A stretch of 64,000 nt of DNA from Mobula hypostoma (taxonomy: Eukaryota), in NCBI RefSeq assembly GCF_963921235.1, contig NC_086100.1, positions 61,504,001-61,568,000 of the forward strand. The letters run 5' to 3'. The notes under the pieces are model-generated. The model had not been told where the DNA came from and made no database searches. It was given only the letters and a program-made list of their open reading frames with translations. The position numbers and the translations under genes are program-made. This document shows, one piece after another, positions 50,412-60,339 of the stretch (within the stretch, counting starts at the first letter, position 1; the number at the start of each line of letters is the position of its first letter).

Positions 50412-53400
50412 CTATGGAAAAATATACTACAATTGGGAAACTGATTTTGTATCATAAATAGTTAATTGATTAGGAGTAGATCAGCATATTTAAGTAAACA
50501 AAGTAAATCTGAAAAGAAAATTAGCTGAGTGTTTTGCTTTTAGCAAATCCAATAGTCAGAAATCAACAAAATTCAAGTTGTACTGTACATAATAATAAAT
50601 TCATATTTATATCTTTAATTAAACTGAACTTGCCAAAACCCAATGATTGGCAAATTCAGGTGTATTAGGAAATTAAACGACTAAACTCATATAAAATAAA
50701 ATAGAAAATAGATACAGGATTAAAGAGGAGAATGAGGTTGGTCAGAAGTCTGAAAAGATGTGAACTGTAATAGATCAAAGGAATGAAGCAAACAATATTT
50801 TAGAAGTTATATGAACTCCACATACGAAAAACTTTCAAACTTTACTGATTAAAAAATAATTCTGAACACAAGAGATTCTACAGGTGCTGGAAATCCAGAG
50901 CAACACACACAAACTGCAGGAGGAACTGCAGGTCAGGTAGAATGAATGAAACTTATGTTACAGAAATGAATAAAAAGTCACCATTTCAGGCCAAGATCCT
51001 TCCTCAGGACAACCCTAGGAACACCTAGATCTGTGGAAAGAAAAACAGAGCTGGTATTTCAAGTAAAAGACCCTATATTTGAACTGGGAAACAGATTTTC
51101 TCTCTTTTCCAGTTCAAACAAAGGGTATTTGGCCTGAAATGCTAACTCTGTTGCTCTTTCCACAGATGTTGCTTGACCTATTGAATATTTTCAGCATTTT
51201 GTTTTTGCTTCAGATTTCTAGTATCTGCAGATTTTTTATAACTTTCATAATCTTTCCTGAACCCTGCCAAACTCATGTCCAAATTATTATAATTGTTTTA
51301 AAAACCTACATTTGGCATGTCCTTGTATATGCAATGGAACTATAGCATTCATCTGCTTGGCTAAACTTATTAGTCTTTGGAAGTTCTTGCGGCCTCCCTG
51401 GACAGACGATGACATCAGCAAATGCACAGACAAATGTGAAACAAAGAAAGGTAATAGCAGTAATAATTCATGCATATTGAACTTTGTAGAAAAATACATT
51501 TTTATGTGTACAAGCTTATGCAGCTTGAGTCTTGATATTATTCAGCTCTGTGACACCTTGTGTTCATGTTCAGACTCGTGTAAGGGTTGTAAAATTACTT
51601 ATAGAGTGGTGACTGAAATTATTCCAGAAGGCAGAACCTTAGATGGCTGATGGAAAGCCCAACAATTTTAATGAGAAGCACAAGGAAGATTGAATCGAAA
51701 GGGATGGTAGATTGCGGGGGAGAAGATATGGATCTGGGAGAGGTTACAGATGTTGCAAGGAGTGAACTTGATGAGGGATTTAAATTAATTTAAGATTTAT
51801 ATTTAAAGAAATTGGCAAACTAAATAATGCAGATCAGTAAAATGGGTAAACTAAATTAGTTTCAGAACACAATATGGACTGTATGATACTGTCTAAGTTG
51901 ATGTTTAAGGGAAATGGAGAGTGCAAATCTGCTCAATATATGACTATGAAGCATTAGATAAAAATATAAGAAAAAGCATAACTTAGACATACAGCAGAGA
52001 GATAGCTGAGACAACTCATGTTATTGAGACAAAACCATGTGGTCTGTGCATTGGAGAGAACGGAAGCTTAAATCAGAATTAAACAGAACGTAGAGCTTGC
52101 AAATGGTCTCGTCAGACTGAAAAGTAGCAGATATCATATATCCTCCTTCATCTGAGGCCCGTCAGGTCACAACACTTCAAGTACAGGCAGAGTATTTAGA
52201 ACTCACATCAGCGCCAGATTTAAAAAAAAGTTCTTGTCTCTCCTATAATCATTCAGCCAATTATTTTAAATCTATGCTCCCTGATTCTTTTCAATGAAAT
52301 AGATCCTTTTTATTTATTCTTTCCAGGCCCCTCATAATTTTATACATCTCAATTGTCTCTCCTTGGCCTCCACTTTCCCAACAAAATCAAGCCTGAATAA
52401 TGTCATTTTTCCTTATAACCAATATTTTCTAGATTTGGCATGGTTTCCATAAATCATCCCTATGCCTCTTATAATGCAATCTTTTTTTCCTGTAATATGG
52501 TCGCTAATACTCTATACTTAATGTTTAAGTTGTAGCTTAACTTATCATGAGCCTTTGGGGTGTGGACCTGTATTTGTTAATTGGTGTCTTATCCAGAATC
52601 TTTAAATCCTGTGCTGTTTAATCTTTTCAGGATTATTTTGACTAGCACGGGTTTCCCCACCTACAGTGATTACTTAAAGTGGGCTCCTGATTCGCACTTA
52701 TTGTAGGGTCCTTGTTTGAGAATGATACATCTCACAGTATCACCTAGTCAAGCCACCAATGTTCTGCTGGAATTTCTATGAATGAACTTTTGTTGTTGTC
52801 TCTACATGGGAGACTGCCATTCCTCTGCACTGAGTTCACTCATCTGTCAGCACACACTGTGACATAACTAGTATTGACTATAGTTCTAGTAGTCTGATAT
52901 TGTGTTTAATGCCTTGACTAAAAGTGGATCATATAGCTTTTTAACCATATTAATGGTATGATGTATTATCTTTAATGATTAATGTACAAAAACTCCAGGG
53001 CTTCTTTATTTTCAACATTCAATATTCCTACATCTATTTATATTCATTTTTCTATGGTACTTTCTCATTACTTTATACTTTTCTGGATTAAATTCCCTTT
53101 CCCTTTGATCAAACCATGAAAGTCCCACTGCAATCAAAAGCTTTCCTCCTCATTGTCAACCACAGCCAATTTTGTACAATTAGCAAAATTTGATCCTGTC
53201 TCGTACCTTTCAAGCTTAATCATTGGAATATGTTAGATGACACTCAGGATTGAGGACTATGGAATCCAACTGATAACAGATCTCTAGTCACATAAATTAT
53301 CCTTTACTTTCTACCAACAATGAATTTTATTTTTCAGTTTAACTCCCTTTTTTGACTTTTTGAACTAGTCAGCCATGTGGGACCATATCAAAAACTAAAC

Positions 53401-55769
53401 ACCATGCAGATGACACTGAATGCACAACCCTACTGACCCCAAGCTTACCTCAAAAAAGAATCAATCATATATGTCAGATAATATCTTCCTATAAAATCAT
53501 GTTAGTACATATTTCCATTGAAAATTAAGACATACTATTTCTTAGAATAGGCTGTAATAATTTTCCTCACTATTCAACTAACTGGCTTATTTATACCTTT
53601 CTCTCTGTTTAAACAACATTAAATGTTAGAGTACAATGTTACTAACCAATGTTTTCCAACCATTTGGAATCTCTCCTGTAGCTAAGGAGTTCTAGAAAAT
53701 TGCTGTCAGAACCTCAGCAATAGTTTTTCATGCTTCTTTTAACAGTCTGGCGGAAAAATAACTCAAATGGACCTGCTGATAATTTCTACTTTCAGAGATG
53801 CTACACTTCCTACTTTCAACTTTATCATGTCGATCCCATCCAGTGTTTTCACTTACTATTATCATCCCGTCCAGTATTTTAGTGAAGGTACAAACTTTGT
53901 GATGGATGAAGATGATGGTGTTGGTCATAATTTAGGTGGAAAATAGTGCAACCATTCCAAGCCTAAATTCCTAACAATGGTTGGTAGGACTGAGGGTAGA
54001 ATATGTTGTTGTGAGGAGATGTGATGCCTAGATGGAGCTGGTGTCAAGACTGTATGCGTGGAAGCCATTCACTGAATGTGATACCAAATTAACAGAAAAC
54101 GTGGACAATGGTAATTCCTAAAGCAATTCTGTACAGGATTGTTTGGGATGGAAAGGAAACCATTGCAAGCGATATGCCAACAATAGTTCATTGAGTCAAA
54201 GCAGAGAAAAAAGTAGAAAAACAGTATGTTGGAGAAGCTTATTACGAGAGATAAGGCACAATCACAATTAGAACACACGGGGAAGTGGTAGTGTCGGGCG
54301 CATACTTTTGAAGACAACGATTCTATTATTAGTCTTGTAGAGTGAAGCCGGAGAAGCGGTGGTCTTTAGATGAGTTCAGATGCTGAGGATTTGATTTTCT
54401 TGTTAAGACTGGAAAAACAGACTAACTAAAGCAAAGGGATTATTTACTGCGTCTTTTAGATTGATAACCGGGTGGCGTTGCAAGTGGGCTGGACTCAGTA
54501 GTGACGGGCTGTGTCTTGAAACATACCAACGTCTCGCAACATACTTTCATTTTAGCTTCATTCGAAAATGGAACCCTCTCTGTACTTTAAGAAATCTACT
54601 AAACGAAAGACTGGATTTTTTTTGGCATGTTGTCGACTTTCCAATATTTGCAGGGATTTTCTTGGAGTTTCGGAGTTCATACAATTCTTGTAAAGAAATA
54701 AACTTAAATTTGTGGATTTTTAAGTTTACCTTTAAGAGTGCAGCTATCTTCTTGCACACGTTATTGGTGACATGGGTGAAGTTCTGTAGTTTAGCCTGGT
54801 AAATCCGCAGGTCCGCGGAGATGTTTTGGTAGCACTGTGGGTAAAAATGTACGCGGCATTACATTGGACGCAATTTAAATCAGCGACTGAGATGAAAGTT
54901 AAAATTTGCATTCCTATACCTGGCTGGATCGGAGGCAGTTCAGGCGATTTCCACTTTCCTTGCATCTACTGGACTCCTGCAGATTTACAGAGACAACATG
55001 AGTTTGGGATGGTTTGACCATTAAACGATCTCGTGGCCAGATTATGCAGTACAGTACTCGCTCACCTGCTCCGGGGTACAAGCCCACAGAGTGCTGGTAT
55101 GATTCGCTGTGATGTCTTCCAGTACAATCTCAGTGTCGCTGCAGTTAAACCCTTCAGTCACATCGGGCTGATAGAGAACAACAGGTTTACATTTCCAAAA
55201 GTACAACAGAAGCCATTGAACAGAAAATTACGCATCTTTCTCCCTTGATTGAAGCTAACGAGCCACAAGTAAAACAGAACTCATTTCAGAACTCTGATAA
55301 AAGACGAATCACTTATGACCCAGCCCTGCCTGCGCTTCTCCGCAAAGATTTATGAAAGATCGATTCTCTGCATTTCGCCGGACTCCCAGCTTGAACCGCG
55401 CACCGTGGAATTATGTAGTACTCACGTGCATTAGACTCTCCTTAACTTCTTCGAGTAACATTTTTGAAATATTCAGGCATACCCCAACATCTATTTTATG
55501 ATATTTTTCAATCGGACTCCCAAAGGAGAAGCAGGAAAGCTGAATGTAAATCATCAGGATCGCAGCTTTTCGTACTCTGGGAGTTAAACCTGAAATTAAG
55601 AAGAATACAAAGATCTGTCGTGGTAATTGCCGAATCTGTTTAAATCAGACCTTTCACACTTTCAACGTATATTCCTTCAATGATATCGAGTATCTTTCAT
55701 GCTAGATACAACAATGATATAATTCGCGCAATATTCAGACTAACCGATGGCTTCTAGAAACATCATCAT
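50226..55769 (-). CDS. IL12A: Interleukin-12 subunit alpha (p35)-like, full spliced CDS: join(55745-55769, 55426-55589, 55066-55167, 54920-54976, 54730-54834, 50226-50411), 639 nt, 212 aa
   Basis: All introns are GT-AG with matching phases (1,0,0,0,0) and there is no internal stop. Protein: MMMFLEAIGLTPRVRKAAILMIYIQLSCFSFGSPIEKYHKIDVGVCLNISKMLLEEVKESLMHPDVTEGFNCSDTEIVLEDITANHTSTLWACTPEQESSRCKESGNRLNCLRSSQCYQNISADLRIYQAKLQNFTHVTNNVCKKIAALLKALNSDSTYEDVYLEGGSTTDEEEKDVIDFPQRMALCKVLQAFKLRTITFNRVMNYLHQTEE. It matches p35 hallmarks (EDIT...TST..AC.P; I..DL..Y; LC..L.AF..R..T..RVM.YL). Confidence 0.92.
52200..53720 (-). mobile_element. Very degraded CR1-like LINE pieces in IL12A intron 5
   Basis: rc remnants such as FNPEK and V.HGWLVQK, plus YKIMRG..RI near 52340. 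Confidence 0.45.
54730..54834 (-). CDS. IL12A: IL12A-like coding exon 5
   Basis: TTTTTACCCACAG|CYQNISADLRIYQAKLQNFTHVTNNVCKKIAALLK|GTAAAC. Confidence 0.9.
54920..54976 (-). CDS. IL12A: IL12A-like coding exon 4
   Basis: CTGCAG|ESSRCKESGNRLNCLRSSQ|GTATAG. 57 nt, phase 0-0. Confidence 0.78.
55066..55167 (-). CDS. IL12A: IL12A-like coding exon 3
   Basis: TTCTCTATCAG|PDVTEGFNCSDTEIVLEDITANHTSTLWACTPEQ|GTGAGC, compared with human YPCTSEEIDHEDITKDKTSTVEACLP. Confidence 0.92.
55426..55589 (-). CDS. IL12A: IL12A-like coding exon 2 (signal peptide + helix A)
   Basis: TTAATTTCAG|..RKAAILMIYIQLSCFSFG-SP..VCLNISKMLLEEVKESLMH|GTGAGT. Confidence 0.88.
55745..55769 (-). CDS. IL12A: IL12A-like coding exon 1
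   Basis: ATGATGATGTTTCTAGAAGCCATCG|GTTAGT, phase 1. Which ATG is used is uncertain. Confidence 0.72.
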
Positions 55770-55838
55770 TGTGTCGGCCGGCCAGAGAAAACTTGCGTTA
55801 AAGTTCAACTGCACTCTGCTTGCGTTCACAGACCCTGC

Positions 55839-56025
55839 TTTATACTCAGCACGCTCTACACACTTTATAGGCAGTGAGGGGATTTTCCCCCTCCCACCCA
55901 ATCCCGTCATTTTCAATATGGATTCGTGGATTGATCATGGAATGTGAACACAGCAAAAATTCCTTGAAGGCGCTTCATACCTTGTTTACTTTTACATTTC
56001 GTTCTATGCATCGTTTTTCGCTTTC
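55839..56025 (-). promoter_or_regulatory. IL12A-like proximal promoter
   Basis: TATAAA on the - strand at 55839-55844 and 55864-55869. kB site GGGGATTTTCCCC at 55878-55890. ISRE-like GAAAGCGAAA on the - strand at 56016-56025. CpG-rich surroundings. Confidence 0.7.
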
Positions 56026-57059
56026 TCTTTATCTTAATTTTGTTTCTACTGATCTTCTCTTTGATCTCATTTCGCTACTTGTTGTGGTGTCTCTGTCATC
56101 AAAATGACTTGGTGTCATCCTTAATTTCGTTCCATTTTCCTCATCCTATTTCAGGGAAACACAGGAAAACTCCGCGGAGTTTCGTGAAGGAGGCGGGGAG
56201 AAGGCAGGGGTGCAGATGTCCACAGTGTGTCTAAAATGCCAAGTGGGTCGGAGTTTTCAAAGCCGCACTCCAACGAGTAGTACGCAGGAGAATCTACCAC
56301 ATTTTCTTAGAAAAAGTTCATAAATATCTGTTTCTAAGTTTCATTGATATCACAAATAAATCTCCCCAAATCAGGTTTCGTGGTAAAGTTACAACCGCTC
56401 ACCAATGGGGAAACGGTCCTTAATTAAAGGTTTGCGTTTCCTTTTCATGATTTTCAAAGAAAAATACAGCAAAAGTAGATTCCCCAAACCAACCCGACTG
56501 TCAAGAAATCAGTAACTTTACAAGAACGCGTTTCTAACACAAAAACGTCAATTCTAAACATATCTATATTTTAATGAAAGTAATACTTCTCGTTCTTAAA
56601 ATAAATGCTTAAGGATAAATTAGATTTTTGTTTTCTTTGTGATGTGAACATTTATAGTATGCTGTTATGTTAACGGATATCAAAATCATTTCTATTCTGT
56701 TCACTGCATGTAAGCAATTCTTGTCTTGCAGTAATACAGCAGAGAATCAGGCCCTTCAGCCCAACACATCCCTGCCAACCAAAATGCCCACCCAAATTAC
56801 TATTTGCCCATATTTGATCCATTATCTTTCCAAGTAAGATACAAATAATCACAAAATGGTACACAATAGGAACAGTCAGTCATTTATTGCTAGACAACTG
56901 TATTGGTCTATCAATTTTGGCAATAGTCATTTCTACTCTAAACAACAAGTTTAAAAAATTGCAGCCACTGGAAATGAAGATAACATTTGTTGGCACGTCA
57001 GGACAGAAGTAATTCTGAGAAGCAAAAACTTACCATGAAGTAATGTTGCCCATGACTGT

Positions 57060-57830
57060 TGACAAGAGTACTGTATCAGATGGTAATCACAAGGTGTACA
57101 GGAGTGAGATAGATCAGCTGGTTGAGTAGTGCCACAACGCCTTTTCACTCAATATCAGAAAGACCAGTGAACTGATTGTGGACTTCAGGAAAGGGTAGCT
57201 AGGAGAACACACATCAGTCTTCACTAAGGGGTTAACGGTGGAAAGGGTGAGAACTTCCAAGTTCCAGGGTGTCAACAACCCACAGGATCTATCCTGGGCC
57301 CTCGAGATTGATGAATCGTGAAGGTGGCATGCCAGTGACTCTACTCCTTCACACACTTGAGGAGATTTAGAAAGTCACCAATGACCCTAACAAGTTTCTA
57401 CAGAGGTATAGTGGAGAGCATTCTTATTGGTTTTATCTCTGCCTGGTATGAAGGCTCCAATATGCAGGATGGAAATGGGTTGCAGAAGGTTGTGGACTCA
57501 ATCGGCTCCATCATGGCGGCGAGCCTCCCCACCATCAAGGCCATGCCTCAAGGTGACATCATCATCGAAGACCCTTGCAACGTAGCACATGCCCTTTTCT
57601 CATTACCCCCATCAGGGAGGAGATACAGGATTCTGAAGACCAGCACTCAGTTTTAGGGATATCTTCTTCTGCTCTGCTATCAGCTTTCTGTATAGTCCAT
57701 GAACTCATTAACATAAACTCACTATTCCATGTTTGCATTATTTATTGATTGATTATAATTTAGTTATTTTTATATCTTGCACTGTACTGCTGTCACAAAA
57801 CATGCCAGCGATAATAAATCTGATTCTATT
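57060..57830 (+). mobile_element. Degraded Rex1/Babar-like LINE 3' part
   Basis: LNIRKTSELIVDFRK, FYRGIVESIL..ISAWY, HALFSLPPSGRRYR, AATAAA tail. Confidence 0.75.
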
Positions 57831-57944
57831 TCTTGCCTGTGCATGCCTCGCTCGGTATTCAATAACATTTTGCGTTATTTCAGCACCTTCTATCCAATCA
57901 TTCTAATAGGAAGGTTTTTCAAAATTACCATTGCATTTTCAAAT

Positions 57945-58645
57945 GCACAAGAGATTCTGAAGATGCTGGAGATCTTGAGCAATGTACCCTAAATGCTGGA
58001 GGAACTCTTTAAGTCAGGCAGCATCTATGGATGGAAGTAAACAGTTGACGTTTTGGGCTAAGACCCTTCCTTCATCAGGACTGCAGAGGAGAGGAAGAAG
58101 GCAGAAGTCAGAATAAGAAAGTGGGGAGAGGGGAAGGAGTACAACATGGCGGGTGATACGTGAGACCAGGTGAAGAGGAAGGTAGGTGGGTAGGAGAGGA
58201 GGATGAAGTAGGAGGCTGGGAGGGGATAGGTGAAAGAGATAAAAGGCTGAAGAAGAAAGAAACTAATAGAAGACAGTGGATCATGGAAGAAAGGGGAAGT
58301 GGAAGGCAACCAGAGGGATGTGATGGCCAGGCGAGGAGGAGGGGGAATGGGGAATGGAAAAGGGAAGAAGGAAGGAGGTGGGAGAAATTACCAGAAGTGA
58401 GAGGAATTCCTGTTCATGCTGTCAGATTGGAGACTAAGCAGACAGAATATGAGGTGCTGCTCCTCCAACCTGAGTTTAGCTTCAACCTGGTAGAAGAGGA
58501 GGCCATAGACAATCATGCCAGAATGGGAATGGGAAGTTGAATTGAATTGGGTAGCTAGTGGGAGATCCTGCCTTTTGCAATGGACAGAGCAATGGTGCTT
58601 GACAAAGCTGCATCCCTCCCTCCCATCAGTGTTGGGTCGCATTTA
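57945..58645 (-). mobile_element. PLE 3' fragment with GIY-YIG C-terminus
   Basis: ORF 58388-58642 QDLPLATQFNSTSHSHS..LRLEEQHLIF. Decayed hammerhead at about 58044-58082. Confidence 0.8.
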
Positions 58646-59597
58646 GCTTCTTTTCAACATGACCACTTCTAACACTTTTTAATTTGTCAGTAATCAAATC
58701 CCTTTCTTTCTCTAAAAATACTCACTGTTATCTTGTTTTATCTTAAGGCCCTAGTTGGTTGCACTTTTATGTCTGAAAGTAGAACAAATATTGGTGTATT
58801 GTTGGAAGTTCCAGAAGAAATATTAAGGAGGTCAGTTCAGATGGTTACAAGATATTTCAAGATGATTTTCCAGAGATCAAACTTGGTTTCTCAATTAATA
58901 TTATCCTAAGTGAACTTGTAGATAAATTAAATCTTGTTTTATGCTGGAGCACAAAGTGACCCAGTTCTGCCCAGAATACAATTAGAGTATTATTGTATGA
59001 TCTGAGAAATCTCATGATACAGACATCAAAAATAGCAGTTCAAACTAGTCATTGATAAATCCTGATTGTTACTTTATTCATGATATTATTGTTACACATC
59101 TGTCAGTGGATAATCCACCTTATTTTTATACTCTGATCAATCTTACTTTTGATGCACTGCAGTTCTCTATTCCATAGTTACAACAAACTGTCAGTAAATA
59201 GAGCATTAGTATGGTAACAGAAGAAAATAATTATTGGCAGTTATGGAGACATTATCTAACGTACTCTTTCGCGTGTCATTTGTGAAAGGATTAATCATGA
59301 AAAAGTTGAAAAAATACCAGATAAAGTAACTAATTTTATATGGTAAGATTGTATATAAAGAGAAAAGTCATGGACTTTTAATGGTTAAGTGTGCTGATGG
59401 AGACAATTGAGCACAGAAATTTACCGTGTAAACAGTCTGTTAAATGCAATGTCTGATATTTACTACCATCATATACAAGAGAATGAAATATCAGGCCCTA
59501 ATTTTAACATATAGCTAATCCGATATTGTATGTTTTGTATCTTGCCTGAAACATACTTTTTTAATTCACTTTTTTAATTTGTGCACCACAGCAAAAA

Positions 59598-60162
59598 CAC
59601 GAGAAAGTCCATAGGTGCTGGAAATCCAAAGCAACACACATAAAGCACTGGAGGAACTCAGCAGCTCAGGCAGCACTATGGAGAAGGGTAAACAGTCGAC
59701 GTTTTGGGCTAAGTTGCTTCTTCAGCACTGAGTTGGAAGAGGGAAGATGCCAGAATAAAGGTGGAGCAGGGGAAAGAGGCTAGCTGGAAGATGATAGGTG
59801 AAGCCAGATGGGTGGGAAAGGTCAAGGGCTAGAGAGGAAAGAATCTGATAGATAGCAAAGGAGAGTGGACAATAGGAGAAAGGAAAGAAGGTGAGCCAGG
59901 AAGAAGTAATAGGCAGGTGAGAAGAAGTGATAGATCAGAGTGGAGAATAGAGAAAGGGGGTGGGATTTGTTCACCAGAAGGAAATATTGATATTCATGCC
60001 ATCAGATTGTCCACTTGGCCCACCACCTACCTTTTAATTTTGGCACCTTCCCTGTTCCTTCTCAGTCCTGAAGAAATGTCTTGGGCCGAAACACCAACTG
60101 CTTACTACTCTTTTCCATAGTTACTGTCTGACCTGCTGACTTCCTCCAGCATTTTGTGTGTT
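59598..60162. mobile_element. Two inverted PLE pLTR fragments (foldback)
   Basis: 59598-60005 is on the - strand and 60010-60162 on the + strand. Hammerhead-like GTCCTGAAGAAATGTCTTGGGCCGAAAC at about 60065-60092. Confidence 0.65.
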
Positions 60163-60339
60163 AACAAGCAAAACCAGTGTTTATTGTTCATCCCTAAGTA
60201 CCATTGAAGAGGTGGCAGTGTCCTGAAATATTACTTAGGGAATAGGGAGCAGGGAGTTCCAGGATGTACTCCAATGACAAGAAAGGAATGATGTTCTTCC
60301 TAAGTCAGGCGAGAATATGAAGGGAAGTTCATGGTGAAG

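Noticed and set aside
51312-51650. Cys-rich antisense ORF/exon in IL12A intron 5
   Set aside because: It has a non-ATG start and no domain pattern; only a donor-like AAAG|GTAATA supports it.
54547-54965. ORF-track entries 54547-54759 and 54744-54965 as standalone proteins
   Set aside because: They are off-frame or intron read-through pieces of IL12A exons 4-5.
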